This document shows positions 30,933-42,321 of a stretch of DNA of 64,000 bases, piece by piece. Origin of the DNA: the human T2T-CHM13v2.0 reference genome, Homo sapiens; NCBI RefSeq assembly GCF_009914755.1, contig NC_060927.1; one strand, 5' to 3'. How positions within the stretch are numbered: position 1 is the stretch's first letter; every line of letters starts with the position of its first letter. Under the pieces are notes generated by a model. That model made no database searches and was not told the DNA's origin. It worked only from the letters and a program-made list of their open reading frames with translations. A program made the translations under genes and the position numbers.

Positions 30933-32428
30933 GGTATGCTCTCAGAAAAGAAGTCATGTCACCCAATCTAATCACCTTCCCCACTGAATCTGCAAGTATA
31001 CAGACTATAATAATCCATGCTACAAGGAAGAGATATTAGCTTCAGAATGTCCTTAAAAGGATTTTTCTGGCCAAAGTTTTACCTCTGATAAATAAACCCG
31101 GAATCTCTGGATTGTAAGGCATGGCTTCCTAGGGAACTTTACATAAGCTCTGCCACACTGGGTTATACAATTTGAGAGTTTTCATCATTGAAATACACCC
31201 TGCTGCAAGAGTTTACCCTGTAAATCTCACTTAGAGGCATCACTTAATATTCTAAAGCAGAGGTAGAAGTTTGATGTGTAAAGGACCTGGGTAGCTACTC
31301 TCAATACCTCAGGCTTTCTCTGCTTTCGGAGAAAGCAGATGCCTCTTGATTGCCTGTATCCTTGAAATTAATAGTAAAGCTTGCTATTTGGTAAGATTTG
31401 TGAGTCTGATTTGACACCATTCCTGTGTAGTGGAGAAGAACTAGTGAAATACTATTTATTAATCTTTCTATGTGCCTAGTTTTACCTACAGAATGATTTG
31501 TTCTGGAAAGAGGTTACACTTAAATTTTCTGGTTTTACATCTGGCCTGTTTGACCAAATCAAATACTTCTTATCCATTTAGATATTTTTGATTGATCCAT
31601 CCAATTCAATTTGAATTTTTATCCACACACCTATTAAGCTAATCTCCACTAACCTGAACCAATGAAGGTAGTTCCTGCCCCCTCCCAACCCTTCCCCTGA
31701 AACCTTGATTTGTCTTCAATACATTACCAGTGCAGATAAAATGTACACTAGGGCGTGTCTTCAAAATCTTGTTTCAACTGGAATGTGTTGCGTGGATTAG
31801 AATAAAAATATCTGTAGGAGAAGTTCTCTTCTATGCAGAGCAAGTATAGGCACTGCTTTAAATCCACAGGATAAAGCAAGCAAAGCTTTGCTTTCTTCTC
31901 CAGGGCAATTTAGGATAGCAGTAAAGCAATTACTGCCTGCAGCCGAAGAAAGCTGTCCCCACAAGTAGGCAGCTGGGGAGCTGTGAATTAGCTTTTCAAC
32001 ACCTGAAGCAAAAGTTAGAGAAAGTTAATGGCTTTGCTTTGAGAATAATAAGAAAAGCCTGGGGTTAGATGAAGTCCCTTTCTTCACAGTAATTTTGCAC
32101 ACTTTAATAATTAGAAGTGCATAAATATTTATGATATCACAATAAAGAGGCATATTTTGAGGGGAAATGTTCAATCATATGCATATTCTCTTCACAGTTG
32201 TCCATGACTAGAGAGAACCCTGTGTCAGAGCAGGGACATTTTTTTCAGTCAAGGCTTTCTAAATCAATGCACATGGCCTGGGAGAAATTAGGCTGCTTCT
32301 AAAATGCTAGCCTTGCAACCCTATGCCTAAAATGTGGTGCTCACCTTAAACTGCACGTGCATTTCACAAAGTAAGGCTTGTGGTGACCTTATTAGTATAT
32401 TTCTAAAGAATAGAGGTATTATCTACTT

Positions 32429-32551
32429 CAGTGGTTCTCAAACATTAGTTCACATCAGATTCACCTGGGTTCTACTCCAGTACTAACTGATTTTGGTAGG
32501 TCTGGGATGAGGCCCCAAATTCACATTTCTAACAAATCCCCAGGTGATGAA
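32429..32551. mobile_element. MER5A-like hAT-Charlie element, left part (split by HERV-H)
   Basis: cagtggttctcaaac...catttctaacaaatccccaggtgatg. Putative 8-bp TSD atctactt (32421-32428) versus atctattg (39855-39862). Confidence 0.85.
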
Positions 32552-32964
32552 TGTCAGGCTTCTGAGCCCAAGATAAGCCATCACATCCCCTGTGACCTGC
32601 ACGTACACATCCAGATGGCCAGTTCCTGCCTTAACTGATGACATTCCACCACAAAAGAAGTGAAAATGGCCTGTTCCTGCCTTAACTAATGACATTATCT
32701 TGTGAAATTCCTTCTCCTGGCTCATCCTGGCTCAAAAGCTCCCCTACTGAGCACCTTATGACCCCCACACCTGCCCGCCAGAGAACCACCCCACTTTGAC
32801 TGTAATTTTCCTTTACCTACCCAAATCTTATAAATTGCCCCACCCCTATCTCCCTTTGCTGCCTCTCTTTTCGGACTCAGCCCACCTGGACCCAGGTGAA
32901 ATAAACAGCCTTGTTGCTCACACAAAGCCTGTTTGGTGGTCTCTTCACACGGACACGACTGAAA
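32552..32964 (+). promoter_or_regulatory. HERV-H 5' LTR (LTR7 family)
   Basis: tgtcaggc...cacggacacgactgaaa. TATA-like tataaa at 32829-32834 and a duplicated 'gttcctgccttaactgatgacatt' U3 repeat. Confidence 0.95.
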
Positions 32965-32966
32965 TT

Positions 32967-32984
32967 TGGTGCTGTGACTCGGAT
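32967..32984 (+). other. Primer-binding site for tRNA-His
   Basis: tggtgctgtgactcggat: 17/18 match to TGGTGCCGTGACTCGGAT, the mismatch being a CpG transition. Confidence 0.95.
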
Positions 32985-33176
32985 TTAAAATTGGTGAGAT
33001 GTTCTTTGGGCTGGTTGGTCTGAGGACCAGAGGTCGTAGGTGGATCTTTCTCACAGAACAAAGAGCAGGACAGGGGATTGATCTCCCACGGGAGGTCCTC
33101 TGATCTGAGTCACGCCTGCCTGATTATTCACCCACGTTTCAGAGGTGTCTGACCACGCAGGGATACCTGCCTTAGT

Positions 33177-33900
33177 CCTTCACCCTTAGTGGCAAGTACT
33201 GCTTTTTTGGGGGGCAAGAACCCCCCAACCCCTTCTCTCCATGTCTCTACCCCTTCTTTGCTTTTCTGGGGGGCAAGAACCCCCCAACCCCTTCTCCTTC
33301 ACCCTTAGAGGCAAGTACTGCTTTTCTGGGGGGCAAGAATCCCCCAACCCCTTCTCTCCGTGTCTCTATCCCTTCTTTGCTTTTCTGGGGGGCAAGAACC
33401 CCCCCAACCCCTTCTCCTTCACCCTTAGCAGCAAGTACCACTTTTCTGGGGGGTAAGAACTCCCCAACCCTCTCTGTGTCCCTGCCCCTTCTCTGCTTTT
33501 CTTGGGGGCAAGAACCCCCCAACCCCTTCCCCTTCACCCTTAGTGGCAAGTACCACTTTTCTGGGGGGCAAAAACCCCCCAACCCCTTCTCTCCATGTCT
33601 CTACCTCTTCTCCACTTTTCTGGGGGGCAAGAACCCCCCAACCCCTTCTCCTTCACCCTTATAGGCAAGCACTGCTTTTCTGGGGGGCAAGAACCCCCCC
33701 AGCCCCTTCTCTGTGTCTCTACCTCTTCTTTGCTTTTCTGGGGGGCAAGAACCCCCCAACCCCTTCTCCTTCACCCATAGCAGCAAGTACCACTTTTCTA
33801 GGGGGCAAGAACCCCCTGACCCCTTATCTTCATGTCTCTAACCCTTCTCTGCTTTTCTGGGGAGCAAGAACCCCCCACCCCTTCTCTCTGTGTCTCTACT
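33177..33900 (+). repeat. Tandem array of 6 x ~119-bp dimers (12 x ~59-bp monomers) in the HERV-H leader
   Basis: The ccttcaccc unit starts at 33177, 33296, 33416, 33531, 33650 and 33768. Core is ttttctggggggcaagaaccccccaacccc. Confidence 0.92.
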
Positions 33901-33929
33901 CTCTTTTCTCTGGGCTTGCCTCCTTCACT

Positions 33930-35162
33930 ATGGGCAAGCTTCCACCCTCCATTCCCCCTGTTTGCCCTTAGCCTGTGTTCTTAAAAACCTAAAACCTCTT
34001 CAACTCACACCTGACCTAAAACCTAAATGCCTTGTTTTCTTCTGCAATGCCGCTTGACCCCAATACAAACTCAACAGTGGTTCCAAATAGCCAGAAAATG
34101 GCACTTTCAATTTTTCCATCCTACAAGATCTAAATCTTGTTGTAAAAGGGGCACAAGGTCTGAGGTGCCTGACCTCCAGGTATTCTTTTACACATCGGTC
34201 CCTCCCTAGTCTCTGTTCCCTACGCAACTCGTCCCAAATCTTCCTTCTTTCCCTCCCGCCTGTCCCCTCAGTCCCAACACCAAGCATCGCTGACTCTTTC
34301 TAATCTTCCTTTTCTACAGACCCATCTGACCTCTCCCCTCCTTGCCAGGCCAAGCTAGGTCCCAATTCTTCCTCAGCCTCCAATCCTCCACCCTATAATC
34401 CTTTTATCACCTCCCCTCCTCACACCTGGTCTGGCTTACAGTTTCATTCAGTGACTAGCCCTCCCCCACTTGCCCAGGAATTTCCTCTTAAAAAGGTGCC
34501 TGGAGCTAAAGGCATAGTCAAGGTTAATGCTCCTTTTTCTTTATCCCAAATCAGATAGTATTTAGGCTCTTTTTCATCAAATATAAAAAACCAGCCCAGT
34601 TCATGGCTCATTTGGCAGCAACCCTGAGATGTTTTACAGCCCTAGACCCTAAAAGGTCTAAAGGCCATCTTATTCTCAATATACATTTTATTACCCAATC
34701 TGCTCCCGACATTAAATAAAACTCCAAAAATTAAATTCCAGCCCTCAAACCCCACAACAGGACTTAATTAACCTCACCTTCAAGGTGTACAATAATAAAG
34801 TAGAGGCAGCCAAGTAGCAACATATTTCTGAGTTGCAATTCCTTGCCTCCACTGTGAGACAAACCCCAGCCACATCTCCAACACACAAGAACTTCCAAAC
34901 ACCTAAACCTCAGTGGCCAGGCATTCCTCCAGGCCTGCCTCCCCCAGGAGCTTCCTACAAGTGCCAGAAATCTGGCCATTGGGCCAAGGAATGCCTGCAG
35001 CCTGGGATTCCTCCTAAGCCTTGTCCCATCTCTGTGGGACCCCACTGGAAATTGGACTGTCCAACTCGCCCGGCAGCCACTCCTAGAGCCCCTGGAACTC
35101 TGGCCCAAGTCTTTCTGACTGACTCCTTCCCAGATCTTCTCTGCTTAGCAGCTGAAGACTGA
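33930..35162 (+). pseudogene. gag: HERV-H gag remnant
   Basis: Starts MGKLPPSIPP. NC knuckles SYKCQKSGHWAKEC (34953-34994) and CPISVGPHWKLDC. Ends AAED*. Multiple stops and deletions. Confidence 0.88.
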
Positions 35163-37650
35163 CACTGCCTGATCACCTCAGAAGCCCCCTAGACCATCAC
35201 AGATGCCAAGCTTCTGGGTAACTCTCACAGTGGAAGGTAATTCTGTCCCCTTCTTAATCAATACAGAGGCTACCCACTCCACATTACCTTCTTTTCAAGG
35301 GCCTGTTTCCCTTGCCTCCATAACTCTTGTGGGTACCGATGGCCAGACTTCTAAACCTCTTAAAACTCCCCAATTCTGGTGCCAACTTAGACAATACTCT
35401 TTTAAGCACTCCTTTTTAGTTATCCCCACCTGCCCAGCTCCCTTATTAGGCTGAGACACTTTAACTAAATTATCTGCTTCCCTGACTATTCCTGGGCTAC
35501 AGCCACACCTCATAGCTGCCTTTTTCCCCAGTTCAAAGCCTCCTTCACATCCTCCCCTTGTATCTCCCCACCTTAACCCACAAGTATAGGACACCTCTAC
35601 TCCCTCCTTAGCGACTGATCATGCACCCCTTACCATCCCATTAAAACCTAATCACTCTTACCCTGCTTAATGCCAATATCCCATCCCACAGCATGCTTTA
35701 AAAGGATTAAAGTCTGTTATCACTCGCCTGCTACAGCATGGCCTTTTAAAGCCTATAAACTCCCCTTACAATTCCCCCATTTTACCTGTCCTAAAACCAG
35801 ACAAGGCTTACAGGTTAGTTCAGGGTCTGCGCCCTATCAAGCAAATTATTTTGCCTATCCGCCCCATGGTGCCAAACCCATATAGTTTCCTATCCTCAAT
35901 ACCTCCCTCCACAACCCATTATTCTGTTCTGGATCTCAAACATGCTTTCTTTACTATTCGTTTGCACCCTTCGTCCCAGCCTCTCTTCGCTTTCACTTGG
36001 ACTGACCCTGACACCCATCAGGCTCAGCAAATTACCTGGGCTGTACTGCCACAAGGCTTCACAGACAGCCCCCATTACTTCAGTCAAGTCCAAATTTCTT
36101 CCTCATCTGTTACCTATCTTGGCATAATTTTCATGAAAACACACATGCTCTCCCTGCCCATCGTGTCTGACTGATCTCTCAAACCCCAGCACTTTCCACA
36201 AAACAACACCCTTCCTTCCTAGGCATGGTTAGGTACTTTTGACTTTAGATACCTGGTTTTGCCATACTAACAAAACCATTATTTAAACTCACAAAAGGAA
36301 ACCTAGCTGACCCCATAGATCCTAAATCCTTTCCCCACTCCTCTTTCCATTCCTTGAAGACAGCTTTAGAGACTGCTGCCACACTAGCTCTCCCTGACTC
36401 ATCCCAACCCTTTTCATTACTCACAGCTGAAGTGCAGAGCTGTGCAGTCAGAATTCTTACACAGGACCAGGACCACACCCTGTAGCCTTTTTATCCAAAC
36501 AACTTGACCTTACTGTTTTGCCTAGCCCTCAAGTCTGCATGTGGCGGCCACCACCACCCTAATACTTTTAGAGGCCCTTAAAATCACAAACTATGCTCAA
36601 CTCACTCTCTACAGTTCTCATAACTTCCAAGATCTATTTTCTTCCTCACACCTGATACATATACTTTCTGCTCCCTGGCTCCTTCAGCTGTACTCACTCT
36701 TTGTTGAGTCTCCCACAGTTACCATTGTTCCTGGCCTGGACTTCAATTTGGCCTCCCACATTATTCCTGATACCACACCTGACCCCCATGACTGTATCTC
36801 TGATCCACCTCAAATTCACTCCATTTCCCCATATTCTTTCGTGTTCCTCACCCTGAACACACTTGGTTTATTGATGGCAGTTCCACCAAGCCTAATCGCC
36901 ACTCACCAGCAAAGGCAGGCTATGCTATAGTATCTTCCACATCTATCATTGAGGCTACCACTCTGCCCCCCTCCATTACCTCTCAGCAAGCCGAACTCAT
37001 TGTCTTAAGTCAAACCCTCACTCTTGCAAAAGGACTAAATGTCAATATTTATACAGACTCTAAATATGCCTTCCATATCCTGCACCACCATGCAAGAGGT
37101 TTCCTCACTGCACAAGGGTCCTCTATCATTAATGCTTCTTTAATAAAAACGCTTCTCAAAGCTCCTTTACTTCCAAAGGAAGCTAGAGTCATTCACTGCA
37201 AAGGCCATCAAAGGGCATCAGATCCCATCCCTCAGGACAATGCTTATGCTGATAAGATAGCAAAAAACAGCTAGGGTTCCAACTTCTATCCCTCACTTTC
37301 AGTTTTTCTCCTTCTCATCTGGCCACTCCCACCTAATCCCTTGCTAAAACTTCCACCTATCAATCTCTTCTCACACAAGGCAAATGGTTCTTAGACCAAG
37401 GAAAATATCTCCTTTCAGCCTCACAGTCCCATTCTACTCTGTTGTCATTTCATAACCTCTTCCATGTAGGTTACAAGCCACTAGCCTGTCTCTTAAAACC
37501 TCTAATTTCCTTTCCATCACGGAAATCTATCCTCAAGGAAATCACTTCTTAGTGTTCCATCTGCTATTCTACTACTCCTCAGGGATTATTCAACCCCTCT
37601 CCCTTCCCTACACATCAAGCTCGAGGATTTGCCCCCACACAGGACTGGCA
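35163..37650 (+). pseudogene. pol: HERV-H pro-pol remnant with internal deletions
   Basis: Protease FLINTEATHS; RT motifs VLDLKHAFF and LPQGFTDSP (36046-36072) with the YxDD region missing; RNase H WFIDGSS and IYTDSKYAF; partial integrase N-terminus. Confidence 0.9.
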
Positions 37651-37699
37651 ACTCTTAACTCCCTCTTAGAGTGCATAGATGATCTTTGCTGGCAGGGGA

Positions 37700-39235
37700 C
37701 CCTCCAATTCTTTCACCCTGATGAAGTTCTACTCTTTACTTTTATACTCACTCTTATTCTCATTCCCATTTTTATGCCACCCTCTACCTCTCCCCAGCTA
37801 TCTCTACCACACTATCAACCTTACTCATTCTCTCCTAGACGTTTCTAATCCCTCCTTAGTGAACAACTGCTGGCTTTGCATTTCTCTTTCTTCCAGCGCC
37901 TACACAGCTGTCCCCACCTTACATGCAGACTAGGCAACACCTTCTGTCTCCGTACACCTCCAAACTTCCTTTAACAGCCCTCACCTTTACCCTCCTGAAG
38001 AACTCATTTACTTTCTAGACAGGTCCAGCAAGACCTCCCCAGACATTTCACATCAGCAAGCTGCTGCCCTCCTCTGCACTTACTTAAAAAACCTTTCTCC
38101 TTATATCAACTCTACTCCTCCCATATTTAGACCTCCCACAACACAAACTACTATTCCTATGGCTGCTTCTTTATGTATCTCTTGGCAAAGACCCACTGGA
38201 ATTCCCCTAGGTAACCTTTCACTTGCTCGATGTTCCTTTACTCTTCATCTCCAAAGCCTTCTTCTTGTTTACTTATACCCGGCCTCAAAAATAACAGTGA
38301 AAGGTTGCTCGTAGACACTCGGCATTTTCTCATACACCATGAAAATTGAACTTCCCCCTCTATGCAGTTACCCCATCAGACCCTATTACAACCTCTGACT
38401 GCTGCTGCCCTAGCTGCATCCCTAGGAGTCTAGGTACAAGACACCCCTTTCAGCACTCCTTCTCATCTTTTTACTTTGCATCTCCAGTTTTGCCTCGCAC
38501 AAGGTCTCTTCTTCCTCTGTGGATCCTCTACCTACATGTGTCTACCTGCTAATTGGACAGGCACATGCACACTAGTTTTCCTACTCCCAAAATTCAATTT
38601 GCAAATAGGACCGAAGAGCTCCCTGTTCCTCTCATGACACCGACACAACAAAAAAGAGTTATTCCACTAATTCTCTTTCTTGTCGGTTTAAGACTTTCTG
38701 CCTCCACTAGCGCTCTCGGTACGGGAATAGCAGGCACTTCGACCTCTGTCACGACCTTCCATAGCCTGTCTAATGACTTCTCTGCTAGCATCACAGACAT
38801 ATCACAAACTTTATCAGTCCTCCATGCCCAAGTTGACTCTTTAGCTGCAGTTGTCCTCCAAAAACCGCCGAGGCCTTGACTTACTCACAGCTGAAAAAGG
38901 AGAACTCTGTATATTCTTAAATGAAGAGTGTTGTTTTTACCTAAATCAATCTGGCCTGGTGTATGACGACATAAAAAACTCAAGGATAAAGCCCAAAAAC
39001 TTGCCAACCAAGTAAGTAATTACGCTGAACCACCTAGGACACTCTCTAATTAGATGCCCTAGGTCCTTCCAATTCTTAGTCCTTTAATACCTGTTTTTCT
39101 CCTTCTCTTATTCCATTTAGTTTTTCAATTCCTACAAAACCATATCCAGGCCATCACCAATAATTCTATACGACAAATGTTTCTTCTAACAACCCCACAA
39201 TATCACCCCTTACCACAAAATCTTCCTTCAGCTTA
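37700..39235 (+). pseudogene. env: HERV-H env remnant (partial SU plus TM)
   Basis: SU CWLC (~37868-37879), cleavage region QQKR/VIPL, fusion peptide, [19 protein letters not shown] with a +1 frameshift, and CX6CC at 38908-38934. Confidence 0.88.
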
Positions 39236-39382
39236 ATCTCTCCCACTCTAAATTCTCACGCCACCCCTAATCCCACTCGAAGCAGCCCTGAGAAACATCG
39301 CCCATTATCTCTCCATGGCACCCCCCAAAATTTTCACCATCCCAACACTTTACCACTATTTCATTTTATTTTTCTTATTAAT

Positions 39383-39397
39383 ATAAGAAGACAGGAA
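39383..39397 (+). other. Polypurine tract
   Basis: ataagaagacaggaa directly before the 3' LTR. Confidence 0.85.
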
Positions 39398-39811
39398 TGT
39401 CAGGCCTCTGAGCCCAAGCTAAGCCATCACATCCCCTGTGACCTGCACGTACACATCCAGATGGCCGGTTCCTGCCTTAACTGATGACATTCCACCACAA
39501 AAGAAGTGAAAATGGCCTGTTCCTGCCTTAACTGATGACATTATCTTGTGAAATTCCTTCTCCTGGCTCATCCTGGCTCAAAAGCTCCCCTACTGAGCAC
39601 TTTGTGACCCCCACTCCTGCCCACCAGAGAACAACCCCCCTTTGACTGTAATTTTCCTTTACCTACCCAAATCTTATATAACGGCCCCAACCCTATCTCC
39701 CTTCACTGACTCTCTTTTCGGATTCGGCCCACCTGTACCCAGGTGAAATAAACAGCTTTGTTGCTCACACAAAGCCTGTTTGGTGGTCTCTTCACACGGA
39801 CACGAGTGAAA
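39398..39811 (+). promoter_or_regulatory. HERV-H 3' LTR (LTR7 family) with a poly(A) signal
   Basis: tgtcaggcctctgagccc...cacgagtgaaa, with aataaa at 39747-39752. Confidence 0.95.
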
Positions 39812-39854
39812 ATGGTGATGCTGCTTGTCTAGGGACAACACTTTGAGAACATGG
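39812..39854. mobile_element. MER5A-like element, right part
   Basis: atggtgatgctgcttgtctagggacaacactttgagaac continues the MER5A sequence interrupted at 32551. Confidence 0.85.
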
Positions 39855-39924
39855 ATCTATTGTATATAAATCAGAATTCCAGATCCTGGCTGTACTTGAG
39901 AACCATCTGGTGGCCTCTTAAAAT

Positions 39925-41160
39925 ATTAACACAGCCAACCAGAAAGAGGCCCCAATGGCCAAAGATGGAAAAATTTGAGTAACAAAATGAATAACATAGT
40001 TTTGAGTTACAGTCCAAAGTATAAGACAAATACCCACAAGTCCATATTTGTATAAATATAATATTAAGTAAATAAATGTAGGAAAAGAGAGAAATCTTCT
40101 TTATGAAAGAATCACAAACCATTTTTGTATTCTCCCCTGAAGCAGGTGAAACTTACCTCCTTCCTTCCCCCTCCCCACTCCTCTTAATGACTTGATTAAA
40201 ACAAAATAAATTATGGGTATGTGAAGGGAGGAAGAAATAACTTCACAGTGAAGAAACAGGAAAATACTACGTTGGGTAGGTGATCAAGATTAACATACAC
40301 TATGATGAATTACATTCACAGACTTTACTCCCTAATATGAATGACAAAGGCACTTCACCTCTGTGGTATTCTTTCCAAAAACCAATAGCCCCAGTCTAAC
40401 CATGATAAAAAAATAAAAGCCCAATTGAGGAATCTTCTTCAAAATACCTGGCCAATATTCTTCAAAGGAGTCAAGATCATTAAAAATAAGGAATGGAAGG
40501 ATGACTCCCAGAGGCTGGGAAGGGTTGGGGTGGTGGGTTAGGGGGTGGTGGAGATGGTTAATGGGTACAAAAAAATAGAAAGAATGTATAATACATACTA
40601 TTTGATTGCACAACAGGGTTACTATGGTCAATAATAATTGTAGATTTCAAATAACTAAAAGAATGTAATTGGACTATAACACAAAGGATGAATGCTTGGA
40701 GGGATGGATACCCAATCCTTCATCATGTGATCATTTCACATTGCATGTCTGTATCAAAACATCACATGTGCCCCACAAATATACCGACCATGTACCCACG
40801 ACAATTAAAAATTAAGACATTTTAAAAATAAAAATAAAAATCCAGGAATGGATGAGAAACTATCATGGTCTTGAGAAGATGAAGGAGACATGACAAAATG
40901 TAATATTATATCATGAATGGTATTCTGGAGCAAAAATAAAAAATAAAAATAAAAAAGACACTAGTGGGAAAGTTACAGAAATTGAATGAAGACTGGAGTT
41001 AATCGTAATGTGCCAGTGCCGGTTTCTTAGTTGCGACAAATGTACCAGGGCAATGTAAGATGTTAATAAGAAGGGAAATGGAGAAAGTCATATGGGATCT
41101 ATCTGTGCAACTTTCCTCTAAATTTGAAAATGTTAAAAAACTTAAGCTTATTTTAAGAAT
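39925..41160 (+). mobile_element. L1MC-like 3' end inside a MER5-like element
   Basis: 'cacttcacctctgtggtattctttccaaaaacc...cccagtctaaccatga' and 'ggtttcttagttgcgacaaatgtacc'. MER5-like sequence at 41160-41275. Confidence 0.7.
40490..40840 (+). mobile_element. L1MA-like 3' end nested in the L1MC-like element
   Basis: 'ccagaggctgggaaggg...ggttaatgggtacaaaaaaatagaaagaatg...atgtacccacgacaattaaaaatt'. TSD-like aaaaat(a/cc)aggaatgga on both sides. Confidence 0.8.
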
Positions 41161-42219
41161 ACTAGTGCCCGGAGATTACCACAGACAAATCAGAGTCTCT
41201 GGGGTGAGACCTAGGCATTTGTTTTAGAACTCTGAGGGATTGTCAGGAGCAGTCCAACTAGATCTACCACTGATCTAGATATAATTAAAATAATAACTTT
41301 CCTGTTAAATCTCACTTTCACTTGGTCAGCATGGTAGTTAATACTAAAACAATTTGCCACTTTTTGTATTTCTAGAGAAAGCATCTCTTTCAGTGTGGGT
41401 TAATCAAATCTGCAAAATGTTAGTAGCAGGAACTTAAAAAGGGAAGTAGAGATAGAATAAATTCATAAATGGCTTTTAAAAATTACATTCTAGAGTATAT
41501 CCAGAGGTCCACATGTATTGTATCTATGCTTTTACACCATCTTTAAAACTTCCATAGGAGAGAACTTGGGAGAATTTTATGACAAACAGAATTTAGGCAA
41601 TTGGGATGATTATATGAGAATGCTCTGTGTCTGGTAAGTTGTATGCTCATGTGTGATATGCCTTTGTGGTATGTCTACACAGATCTCTACCCAAAAGTTT
41701 GTTTTCTTTTCTAATTCTTGTTAGTTGTTTAAGGAATTGAGGCTCTTTTTCATATTTGTTTCATTTCTTCCATGTCTACATTATGTACATAAATCTTTCT
41801 TAATTGTAAATATGCTAAAAGCAAATAATAACCCCAACTATTTACTCAAATAAGGTAAACATTTTTACTTTGAATTAAAAATAAAAAAAGACTTGTTACT
41901 TCAGTAAAACTGATACCGAAATGACTCTAGCTACGCAATAGGCTGTTTGAACATCTCTCAATGCATCTCTTTGGTAGCGTCTCTTCAGTAATAGCTATGT
42001 GATTTCAGATTCAGCATTTGACCTATGGAGAGTATTGAGAAAAGGAAATCAGTAGCGGAATTCTGCCATAGAAGTGGCAAATTTTTTTTATTACCCACTT
42101 AGCAGTGCTAACCAGTTCACTTGGGTAGCCCAGTTTTATGATTCCTGCAGGTCTAGAGGATACCACTTGAAATGTTCCCATTTTACCTTTTCTGTATCCT
42201 CTGGCTAGTCTTTGTAGAT

Positions 42220-42321
42220 TACCAACTGGCAATCTGGGGAGAAGGATGAAGTATACCAACTGGCAATCTGGGGAGAAGGATGAGGTATACCAACTGGCAT
42301 TCTGGGGAGAAGGATGAAGTA
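42220..42321. repeat. 3 x 34-bp tandem repeat
   Basis: taccaactggcaatctggggagaaggatgaagta at 42220, 42254 and 42288, with 1 mismatch per later copy. Confidence 0.95.

Larger units (their letters stand above)
32552..39811 (+). mobile_element. HERV-H provirus with two LTR7-family LTRs
   Basis: Order is LTR, PBS(His), gag, pro, pol, env, PPT, LTR. The two LTRs are about 94-95% identical by manual comparison. Confidence 0.98.

Noticed and set aside
33241-33971. Repetitive ORFs and a CRISPR-like periodic pattern
   Set aside because: The 'spacers' are themselves repeated (A/B alternation), the context is a retroviral leader, and there are no cas genes.
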